Part shown: positions 1-6,200 of the stretch, piece after piece | Position numbering within the stretch: the stretch's first letter is position 1 | Layout of the letters: every line of letters begins with the position of its first letter | IMG/VR virus record: IMGVR_UViG_3300003666_000032 | Reading direction: 5' to 3' (one strand) | Length of the DNA stretch: 47,304 bases | DNA from: a virus | The notes under the pieces: generated by a model | Database searches by the model: none | Told to the model about the DNA's origin: nothing | Seen by the model: the letters and a program-made list of their open reading frames with translations, nothing else | Program-made: the position numbers and the translations under genes

Positions 1-99
1 CAATACAAATCAAAGGAAAAATATAATTTACACAACTAAGAATGAATTAAAAAACAGTATTATTGAAAAAAATATTAAAAAAGCAATTATAATTGACGG
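1..99. repeat. 99-bp terminal direct repeat identical to 47206..47304 (circular-assembly overlap)
   Basis: The first 99 nt (caatacaaatcaaagg...ataattgacgg) recur exactly as the last 99 nt of the window. Confidence 0.95.
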
Positions 100-178
100 C
101 ATTGATGATCCTGACGATGTTGATACTGAAAAAGTAAAAAAAGCCATTGAAGTAGGCTTGTTTAAGAAGGCAAAATGA
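1..178 (+). CDS. C-terminal part of the wrap-around CI-like XRE-family repressor (5' part at 47018..47304)
   Basis: Frame 2 continues the ORF that starts at 47018 through the terminal repeat to TGA at 176-178. The joined product is about 121 aa. Confidence 0.75.
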   Translation, partial: NTNQRKNIIYTTKNELKNSIIEKNIKKAIIIDGIDDPDDVDTEKVKKAIEVGLFKKAK

Positions 179-293
179 TTAATTTATCAGAGCCTTTATA
201 ATCGGAGTTAATATATAAAATATTGTCAAGTACATAACCATATATATTACAAAATTCATCGCCAAAACTTATATATTCTTCTCTAATATGCAT
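162..293 (-). CDS. 43-aa protein, member a of a small paralogous family (LYINxxYKGSDxLxIxP)
   Basis: ATG at 293 follows GGGGAGG by 7 nt. Product is MHIREEYISFGDEFCNIYGYVLDNILYINSDYKGSDKLIILPS, similar to the ORFs at 12361..12492 and 12482..12649. It is below the ORF-track length cutoff. Confidence 0.45.
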   Translation of the reverse strand: MHIREEYISFGDEFCNIYGYVLDNILYINSDYKGSDKLIILPS

Positions 294-338
294 ATTTGAT
301 TACCTCCCCAAATAATAGAACTAATGTTCTTTTGAAAT

Positions 339-367
339 ATTATACAACTTGTATTATAGGGAATCAA
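339..367 (-). promoter_or_regulatory. sigma-70-like promoter for the 43-aa gene
   Basis: On the minus strand: TTGATT (362-367), 17-nt spacer, TATAAT (339-344). Confidence 0.45.
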
Positions 368-451
368 GCCAAATAATGTTAAAGCAAAGATACAAAATAC
401 ATTAAACACTTTGTTGCTACCGCATTAAAAGACACTTTTATTACATCGTTA

Positions 452-496
452 CGGATTATGTATACAATGGTAGGTAGTTAAGTATATGTAATCCGA
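452..496. other. Imperfect inverted repeat, candidate attP core or integrase regulatory site
   Basis: cggattatgtatac (452-465) and gtatatgtaatccg (483-496) form a 14-nt inverted repeat with 2 mismatches around a 17-nt centre. It lies about 65 nt upstream of the serine integrase start. Confidence 0.3.
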
Positions 497-560
497 CAAA
501 ATATATTGATGTTAGCAACAAACCGTTGCTGTTGATCTTATAAATATATGGGGTGAATAA

Positions 561-1949
561 ATGATAGCTGCTTTATATGTTCGTGTTAGTACAGAGGAAC
601 AAGCTCTTGAAGGGTTTAGCATAGCTGCCCAAATAAAACTATTGAAAGAATACTGTGTTAAAGAGAATATTGTGATCTATAAAGTCTATGCTGATGAAGG
701 AATCACTGGGACAATAGAAAAACGGCCACAATTTCAGCTTATGATTAAAGATGCAGAGAATAAATACTTTGATGTTGTATTGGTCCATAAATACGATAGG
801 TTTGCTCGCAGTACTGAAATTAGTACCAGGATAGAGAACCAAATAAATAAAGCCGGCATAGTCCTTATAAGTATAACAGAACCGGTCCCGGATAATCCAT
901 TTGGGTTTCTGCAAAAAAGAATGATGCAGTTATGGTCCGAGTTCTTTGTAAAGAATCTTTCAGCAGAAGTAAAAAAAGGATTAGTTGAGAGAGCATCCCA
1001 GGGATTATATACCGGATTTGTTCCGTATGGCTATAAGATAAAAAACGGGACCGTTATAGTTGAGCCAAAACAGGCTGAAATAGTTAAAAAAATATTTGAT
1101 CTATATTTATCCGGCATGGGTTACCGTGGTATTGCTGTATGGCTTAATCAAAACAAAATACCCACATCTAAACCAGGAGGAACATGGGGGCAATACCAGG
1201 TTAGTTATATCCTTACTAATGTTAGGTATATAGGTAAATTATATTATGCTGGAAAGACATACGAAGGACAGCAAGCAGCTATTATTGACGAGGATTTATT
1301 TAATACTGTACAAGCACATAAAAAAAAGAAACACGATGAATATACTTACGCAAAAAGAGGAAGTAATTTTAATAAATATCTTTTATTAGGCTTGTTGCAT
1401 TGTGGGGAATGTGGTAATGCTTACAGGGTAATAGTTAACAAGAGGTACAATCATGGTAAGCAATATAATACTTATATTTGTAATCTAGCAGCTCAGTATA
1501 AATTACAATGCGGTAATACTAAACACTATAAGACTCATCTACTCGAAGAGGATATAGAAGAATACATAGAAAAAGTATTAATGGAAAAGGAACCTCTTAT
1601 ATACGATACTCCTGAAATTGATACAAATAAAATCTTACAGGATCGTAAAGAGAAAATAGAAAGAGAATTGAACAGAGCAAGAGAAGCATACATACAAGAA
1701 ATATTTACTTTAGAGGAATATGAGGGCATAAAAAAAAGATCGATCAATGAATTGAAAGAAATTGATGTAACTATGATAAAAGAAACTAAAGTTAATAGTA
1801 AAGATAAGGCAATGTATAAAAAGCTTAAAATAGCATATCAACAGTATAAAAAGGCTAAAACAATAGAGGATAAAAAGAAAATATTATTCGGGGTAATAAG
1901 AAGGATAGAGTTAACCCGCAGGTCTTTAGAGATAACATTCTACATGTAA
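561..1949 (+). CDS. int: Large serine recombinase (phage integrase)
   Basis: The N-terminus AALYVRVSTEEQ...GFSIAAQ is a resolvase-type catalytic domain with the Ser nucleophile. The middle is a recombinase domain. A Cys cluster (HCGECG...CNLAAQYKLQCGN) forms a zinc ribbon, followed by a coiled-coil tail. SD gggg lies upstream. Confidence 0.93.
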   Translation: MIAALYVRVSTEEQALEGFSIAAQIKLLKEYCVKENIVIYKVYADEGITGTIEKRPQFQLMIKDAENKYFDVVLVHKYDRFARSTEISTRIENQINKAGIVLISITEPVPDNPFGFLQKRMMQLWSEFFVKNLSAEVKKGLVERASQGLYTGFVPYGYKIKNGTVIVEPKQAEIVKKIFDLYLSGMGYRGIAVWLNQNKIPTSKPGGTWGQYQVSYILTNVRYIGKLYYAGKTYEGQQAAIIDEDLFNTVQAHKKKKHDEYTYAKRGSNFNKYLLLGLLHCGECGNAYRVIVNKRYNHGKQYNTYICNLAAQYKLQCGNTKHYKTHLLEEDIEEYIEKVLMEKEPLIYDTPEIDTNKILQDRKEKIERELNRAREAYIQEIFTLEEYEGIKKRSINELKEIDVTMIKETKVNSKDKAMYKKLKIAYQQYKKAKTIEDKKKILFGVIRRIELTRRSLEITFYM

Positions 1950-1951
1950 AT

Positions 1952-1997
1952 GCAACTTATTGTTATGTTGGGGACACCCAGCATATTAATAAGTTGC
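1952..1997. other. 46-bp near-perfect palindrome just after int (alternative attP candidate or stem-loop)
   Basis: gcaacttatt (1952-1961) pairs with aataagttgc (1988-1997). Inner arms atgttggg and cccagcat flank a gaca centre. No T-tract follows. Confidence 0.4.
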
Positions 1998-2010
1998 TAT
2001 AATCCGGATA

Positions 2011-2050
2011 CAAAAAGAAGATACCTATATAGTAGAGCTATATGGGTATC
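2011..2050 (-). terminator. Rho-independent terminator ending the 3581->2108 operon
   Basis: 13-bp stem gatacctatatag / ctatatgggtatc (one G-U pair) with a 5-nt loop. On the minus strand it is followed by ttcttttt. Confidence 0.55.
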
Positions 2051-2107
2051 GAGGGTATAAGGTCCATATTTTCTTCTTACCTCCTATAGAATTGATTTAA
2101 TGAACAG

Positions 2108-2380
2108 TTATGCGTCTTCAATTAATATCCATTCACCTTCTCCCCACGTGTCTGATTCGTCACCATACTTTTTTACATCTTCTTCGTCCGCTTCAATGCA
2201 TAATGGGCAAGAAAAGCAATAACATTTTCCTACTTCTAGCCCTTTGTGATATTCAGTATCAACAGGGTCTTTTTCTTCCTGCTTAGGATGTGCGCAATTA
2301 TATCCGTTGTTTACTGGATAACTTGAGTTGTAAAAATATGGACATTGTCTTGCAAAAATATCAAAGTATACTAGTTTCAT
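2108..2380 (-). CDS. Hypothetical Cys-rich protein (90 aa)
   Basis: ORF with AAGGAG SD 7 nt upstream. It abuts the upstream stop codon. Confidence 0.6.
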   Translation of the reverse strand: MKLVYFDIFARQCPYFYNSSYPVNNGYNCAHPKQEEKDPVDTEYHKGLEVGKCYCFSCPLCIEADEEDVKKYGDESDTWGEGEWILIEDA

Positions 2381-2581
2381 CTATACCACTCCTTCCTCGT
2401 CATACATGGCTAATTTAAATAGCCTAAATTCATCAGGTTCATCATTAACGGGTATATCTATTGGAACAGGTGGACTATTAATAATTTCTTTTAGTCTATC
2501 AATAGATTTTTGTAGATTTTCAGCAGATAATTCTCCACTTACTATATTTAAATGTGTAGCACACAAAGGCTTTTTACTCAT
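2381..2581 (-). CDS. Hypothetical protein (66 aa)
   Basis: ORF with GGAAGGAG SD in a tightly packed operon. Confidence 0.6.
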   Translation of the reverse strand: MSKKPLCATHLNIVSGELSAENLQKSIDRLKEIINSPPVPIDIPVNDEPDEFRLFKLAMYDEEGVV

Positions 2582-2587
2582 ATACTA

Positions 2588-2962
2588 TTACACTCCTTCC
2601 AGTGTTAATAATGCAGCCCTTAGACGGTCTATAGGTGATGCGTGGATAAGGTCAAATATGTCAAAATCATCGTCATACATAGGATCATGGTTTCCGGCAA
2701 TGATTAAGTTTGTATAATATACCCCTGTTAATTTCTTTTCCTTTAGCTTTTCTTCTACTTCATAAGCACCAGAATGAGAACAATAATTCCTTAAAGGTGT
2801 TCTATGATCTGGGTATCTTTTGTTAGTCCCCTTAACTTCTGTTTTTATTACTCGTTTTTTTGAATAATATGTTGTCTCTACAACTTCATACCCGAAAAGT
2901 TTTTCCGCAATAGTTTTATTTATTTGATCTTCGCTGAGTGCCATTATTTCTTCTCTTGTCAT
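2588..2962 (-). CDS. Hypothetical phage protein, possibly of the ABA-sandwich-domain type
   Basis: GGAGGG SD. The N-terminal LSEDQINKTIAEKLFGYE, the central YCSHSGAYEVEEKL and the C-terminal ASPIDRLRAALL resemble that family, recognised by eye only. Confidence 0.55.
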   Translation of the reverse strand: MTREEIMALSEDQINKTIAEKLFGYEVVETTYYSKKRVIKTEVKGTNKRYPDHRTPLRNYCSHSGAYEVEEKLKEKKLTGVYYTNLIIAGNHDPMYDDDFDIFDLIHASPIDRLRAALLTLEGV

Positions 2963-2965
2963 ACT

Positions 2966-3178
2966 TTAACCCTCCTTAAACTTTAATAGATTTATAATAT
3001 CTTTAGCTGTTAATCCTCTTAATGATATTTGGCTAAAAGGAACCTCTTCTTTAAAAGTACATTCTGAATGTTTGCCAAATTGTTCCTTAATGCGTTTGTC
3101 AAAGTTGTTTTCTTCTTCAATTATAACTGCTTGGAAGGACACGTCTGGGCATTCAATATCACATTTAAATGCTTTCAT
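2966..3178 (-). CDS. Hypothetical protein (70 aa)
   Basis: ORF with GAGGGGG SD. It overlaps the upstream gene by 4 nt. Confidence 0.6.
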   Translation of the reverse strand: MKAFKCDIECPDVSFQAVIIEEENNFDKRIKEQFGKHSECTFKEEVPFSQISLRGLTAKDIINLLKFKEG

Positions 3179-3384
3179 ACTCTAGCCCCCTCGTTTAATA
3201 TTCTTACCGATTCAATAACCTTATCATCTGTTACCATGCTATTGACTACACATTGTAATAATGATCTGTTATCTTTCTTTATTAATTCACCGTAGAAAGG
3301 ACATTCGGTACATCTTAGATCGCCAGTCTCTACATTGCATATTGCATAAGCTATTAGTGTTTTTAGTGCCTGTTCTTTATCCAT
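3175..3384 (-). CDS. Hypothetical protein (69 aa)
   Basis: ORF with AAAGGGG SD in the operon. Confidence 0.6.
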   Translation of the reverse strand: MDKEQALKTLIAYAICNVETGDLRCTECPFYGELIKKDNRSLLQCVVNSMVTDDKVIESVRILNEGARV

Positions 3385-3404
3385 ACTCTATTTACCCCTT
3401 TCCT

Positions 3405-3581
3405 TTATAATTTCTCACTAGACAACATCTCCTTTACCCATTTGTCTATTTCTTCTTCTAGAAATCGCCACTCCCTTCCAAACTTATAAGCTGGCATACC
3501 TTTTTTAATGTAGTTAAAAACTGTTCTATCTGTAATCTGTAATAATTCACATAATTGCTTCATAGTTAAATATTTTGCCAT
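3405..3581 (-). CDS. Excisionase/MerR-type helix-turn-helix (HTH) protein (58 aa), candidate recombination directionality factor or regulator
   Basis: Product is MAKYLTMKQLCELLQITDRTVFNYIKKGMPAYKFGREWRFLEEEIDKWV, a typical HTH_17/Xis-like motif. GGAGGTG SD. It is below the ORF-track cutoff. Confidence 0.7.
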   Translation of the reverse strand: MAKYLTMKQLCELLQITDRTVFNYIKKGMPAYKFGREWRFLEEEIDKWVKEMLSSEKL

Positions 3582-3599
3582 GTCACACCTCCTGCATCC

Positions 3600-3628
3600 A
3601 TTATACTATATATTCCCGTCAATTGCAA
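3600..3628 (-). promoter_or_regulatory. Candidate promoter of the xis-like operon
   Basis: On the minus strand: TTGCAA (3623-3628), 17 nt, TATAAT (3600-3605). The leader would be very short. Confidence 0.35.
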
Positions 3629-3645
3629 ATATTTCGTACAATTTC

Positions 3646-3675
3646 TTGACAGCATACGCAATTTAGGTATATACT
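3646..3675 (+). promoter_or_regulatory. Candidate promoter of the plus-strand accessory cassette
   Basis: TTGACA (3646-3651), 18 nt, TATACT (3670-3675). Confidence 0.45.
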
Positions 3676-3773
3676 ATTATTAAGTAGTATAGGTTGTAGC
3701 TTAGAGAGAAGATTCTCTATTTAACGTGGCGAATCCTATACTGCTTAGTATAACAATAAGGGGGAATAGAAAA

Positions 3774-4202
3774 ATGAGCAAATTAGATATTGAGAAAATA
3801 ATTGATCAGTTAAAAGAATTTGGATATAAAATCAGATACAAAGAAAATGGAGAGTATGGTTCGGGTTATTACGATATTAAAAATGATTTTATGTATCCTA
3901 ATGAAATACATTTAAAAGATAAGCTAGATAGGTTAGTAGATGCAGAAAAGTATGGTCTTGCAAAGAAACTGTACGATGTTGATGAATGGGGGTATCCTTT
4001 AATAAATGGATTGAAAAATATTATTTCGAACTGTAACTTTTCAACTAGAAATATATCCGAAATAAATGAGGAAACCAAATTAAAAGATATTGTTGGTAAT
4101 AATTATGACGATTTTATTAAAGTAGTTGAGTGTGAATATAGTTTACTCATAAATTGCGAAACGTTAAGTACATTCAATGACTTAATAAGTTTTTTAAAAT
4201 AA
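3774..4202 (+). CDS. Hypothetical protein (142 aa), accessory/moron gene
   Basis: An internal ATG of the 3726 ORF is preceded by AAGGGGGA. It lies on the opposite strand to nearly all phage genes. Confidence 0.55.
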   Translation: MSKLDIEKIIDQLKEFGYKIRYKENGEYGSGYYDIKNDFMYPNEIHLKDKLDRLVDAEKYGLAKKLYDVDEWGYPLINGLKNIISNCNFSTRNISEINEETKLKDIVGNNYDDFIKVVECEYSLLINCETLSTFNDLISFLK

Positions 4203-4264
4203 TATTCCGCTGTAATCACAATATGGAATAAGGTTTATATTATTATAACAATAAAGGGGAATTG

Positions 4265-4284
4265 ATAAGGAGGGGTAAGGATGG
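4265..4284 (+). repeat. 20-nt direct repeat ataaggaggggtaaggatgg, copy 1 (SD plus start codon)
   Basis: Exact copy at 4518..4537. Each copy ends in an ATG that opens an ORF. Confidence 0.85.
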
Positions 4285-4517
4285 ATAGATATAAAAGCAC
4301 TTTAAATATGTTTGAAAATTTAGGTAATCAAATGATTAGAGAAAATAAAACACCTAAGAAAAATATACAAACAGAAACATTACATATAATGACTAGGGAA
4401 TCTAACCAACATAAAGAGGTATGTATTCAATGTGGTGATAAATATATTCCCATACATGCAATTGCACAAACAGCAGATAAAATAATCTTAGTACCTATAT
4501 CAGTTGTTAGAGGATAA
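4281..4517 (+). CDS. Hypothetical protein (78 aa)
   Basis: ORF with a strong AAGGAGGGG SD. Confidence 0.5.
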   Translation: MDRYKSTLNMFENLGNQMIRENKTPKKNIQTETLHIMTRESNQHKEVCIQCGDKYIPIHAIAQTADKIILVPISVVRG

Positions 4518-4537
4518 ATAAGGAGGGGTAAGGATGG
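4518..4537 (+). repeat. 20-nt direct repeat ataaggaggggtaaggatgg, copy 2
   Basis: Identical to 4265..4284. Confidence 0.85.
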
Positions 4538-4593
4538 TTACTCTTGGTACATTTTGTCTAAATATATTGCAATTATGGGTATATATGATATAA
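4534..4593 (+). CDS. Possible 19-aa hydrophobic micropeptide (MVTLGTFCLNILQLWVYMI)
   Basis: It uses the duplicated strong SD-ATG. It is very short, so this call is speculative. Confidence 0.2.
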   Translation: MVTLGTFCLNILQLWVYMI

Positions 4594-4676
4594 TAACATT
4601 AACGTGTATTAAAGGTTGCAGCCTTTATGACCTAAAAAATTTTATTATTAATGAATAGCAATATACAAGCAAAGGT

Positions 4677-4730
4677 GGATATTTCATGTTGTGAGCCTCG
4701 TAAACTCAATGAAATATCCTCTTTCGTTTG
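4677..4730. terminator. Stem-loop between the convergent plus-strand cassette and the lysis genes
   Basis: 11-bp stem ggatatttcat / atgaaatatcc (4677-4687, 4709-4719) followed on the + strand by tctttcgtttg. Confidence 0.5.
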
Positions 4731-4731
4731 T

Positions 4732-4938
4732 CTAGAACTTTTCTGAGTCAGTAGGATTATTCAAAATCCCAAATGCTACAAAAGAAGCACCCACCGCCAT
4801 AAACAACTTTGTAAATATATCCTGTGGCATATTAATTACATTCCACATACCGTATGTATCACCTAATATAGTGATAACAGGAATAAGTGTTAACCATGTT
4901 GCCCAACTTTTAAATCTTGATTGTTTCATTTTAATCAT
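4732..4938 (-). CDS. Holin (small membrane protein)
   Basis: 68 aa with two hydrophobic segments and an NPTDS tail. It lies directly downstream of the endolysin. The N-terminus MIKMKQ offers two starts, at 4938 and 4929. Confidence 0.7.
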   Translation of the reverse strand: MIKMKQSRFKSWATWLTLIPVITILGDTYGMWNVINMPQDIFTKLFMAVGASFVAFGILNNPTDSEKF

Positions 4939-4952
4939 CCTTTCTTATTTAA

Positions 4953-5609
4953 TTAGATATCCTTGCCTATTACCAAGGCCAAGAGTTTGAACACTTCGCC
5001 TCTAGTTATATTGCCGTCAAAGTCAGTTTCTTTAATTGCCACACCTTTTGATATTAAATAATCATAGTACTGTTGAGCCCAGTGCTGTTTATCTCCTTTA
5101 ACATGCTGCTTAAGTGTGTTTATAAAACAGGTTCGGTCTATCCCTGTACCTGGGCATGTTTTCCCTGCCGTTGGGCTGTCACGATGGAACTTAACATCAG
5201 AATCAACATTAAGCATCTTGGATAAGCAGAACCATGCACAGAATTCAAACATTGATTCAGCTTGGGCGCCTTCGAACTTATCGTGACCGGTATCAAAATT
5301 ACCTATCATTTCAATTGCAAAAGCTTCTGTATTCCATCCGGATATGGATGCAGGGTCAAAGTTAAAGTCTCGACCTGTTACCCATTGACCGTCAGGAAGT
5401 AAGGTAAGGTGTTGGCCTATGTCCTTCCATCCATTTGTTTTTACATGATAGTTTCTCATGCTCTGCTGTAATCCTAGTCCATTGCTACCATTGTAATCTT
5501 TATGGTTTGGTTGGTATGTATGATGTACATGTAATTTAGTAACTTTACGGGTCCATTTAAATGATTTGCAATAGTCTATTAACTGAGCTGTTGATAGAAT
5601 CTTATCCAA
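4953..5609 (-). CDS. Endolysin, N-acetylmuramoyl-L-alanine amidase (Amidase_2/PGRP type)
   Basis: HVHHT..., GWKDIGQH, AFAIEMIGNFD and FHRD...KTCPG match the amidase_2 zinc site. The C-terminal ITRGEVFKLL is SLH-like. The probable start is TTG at 5609, 8 nt after AAGGAG; the ORF itself extends to 5618. Confidence 0.85.
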   Translation of the reverse strand: MDKILSTAQLIDYCKSFKWTRKVTKLHVHHTYQPNHKDYNGSNGLGLQQSMRNYHVKTNGWKDIGQHLTLLPDGQWVTGRDFNFDPASISGWNTEAFAIEMIGNFDTGHDKFEGAQAESMFEFCAWFCLSKMLNVDSDVKFHRDSPTAGKTCPGTGIDRTCFINTLKQHVKGDKQHWAQQYYDYLISKGVAIKETDFDGNITRGEVFKLLALVIGKDI

Positions 5610-5621
5610 TTTGATCACTCC

Positions 5622-6011
5622 TTACTTTAGTATTATTTTTAAAATAGCTGTTACACTGTCTGCATTAGTCCATACTAAGACAATTACAAAAGTAAGTATG
5701 GTAAATGTCCATTTCCTATTTTGTCGGTTAAATAGTTTGCTAAAAAAGTCCCACATACCCTTTGTGCTTGATTTAGCTTCTTTTGCTTCATCCTTTGCAC
5801 TTTGTAGCATAAGGTCATATATTTTATCAACCTTACTCTCTACTTTGTTAACATGTTCGCTTACATTATTGATATGGTCCGTTATTGTCTCAATCTCAAA
5901 TAGTCTTCTTTTGTCATACTCTGCGGTCCATTTGTCGATTTTCTTTTCAATACGTTCGTCAATGTGGTTTAAAATACCACAGCTTTCGTAATCCATGCCA
6001 CACCCACCCAT
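5622..6011 (-). CDS. XhlA-like lysis-associated membrane protein
   Basis: A coiled-coil N-terminal region is followed by a C-terminal transmembrane (TM) segment (WTFTILTFVIVLVW). It sits first in the lysis cassette. The start is moved to ATG 6011 because the terminator T-tract abuts the ORF-track start at 6041. Confidence 0.5.
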   Translation of the reverse strand: MGGCGMDYESCGILNHIDERIEKKIDKWTAEYDKRRLFEIETITDHINNVSEHVNKVESKVDKIYDLMLQSAKDEAKEAKSSTKGMWDFFSKLFNRQNRKWTFTILTFVIVLVWTNADSVTAILKIILK

Positions 6012-6040
6012 CCTTATACACCTACTTTCATTTTTTTGCA

Positions 6041-6073
6041 TAAAAAGAGAGACTACATTTCTGTAATCTCTCT
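6041..6073 (-). terminator. Rho-independent terminator after the 1388-aa virion gene
   Basis: On the minus strand: agagagattaca-gaaa-tgtagtctctct followed by ttttt. Confidence 0.65.
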
Positions 6074-6200
6074 GTCGGCGTATTATAGTTCCCTACTTTA
6101 CACCCCGCCCACGGGCTGCCTATTTATGTACCAAGGAAGCAAGTTAGGCTAACTTGCTTGTCGGGAGCGACCCTATCCTTAGTCTTTACATAATAACAAA

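Noticed and set aside
1-99. Whether the 99-bp end identity represents biological direct terminal repeats.
   Set aside because: The length equals a common assembler k-mer, and the repeat falls in the middle of the repressor ORF. Assembly overlap is more parsimonious, though this cannot be fully excluded without reads.
162-293. Whether the 43-aa proteins are arbitrium AimP-like signalling peptides.
   Set aside because: They have no N-terminal signal sequence. No AimR-like TPR receptor gene lies adjacent. The conserved part is a C-terminal YKGSD.L motif rather than a short mature peptide.
6080-6200. Whether the GC-rich spacer hides a tRNA or tmRNA-like gene.
   Set aside because: I could find no GTTCRANYC T-loop, no cloverleaf with a 7-bp acceptor stem and no CCA-proximal pairing.
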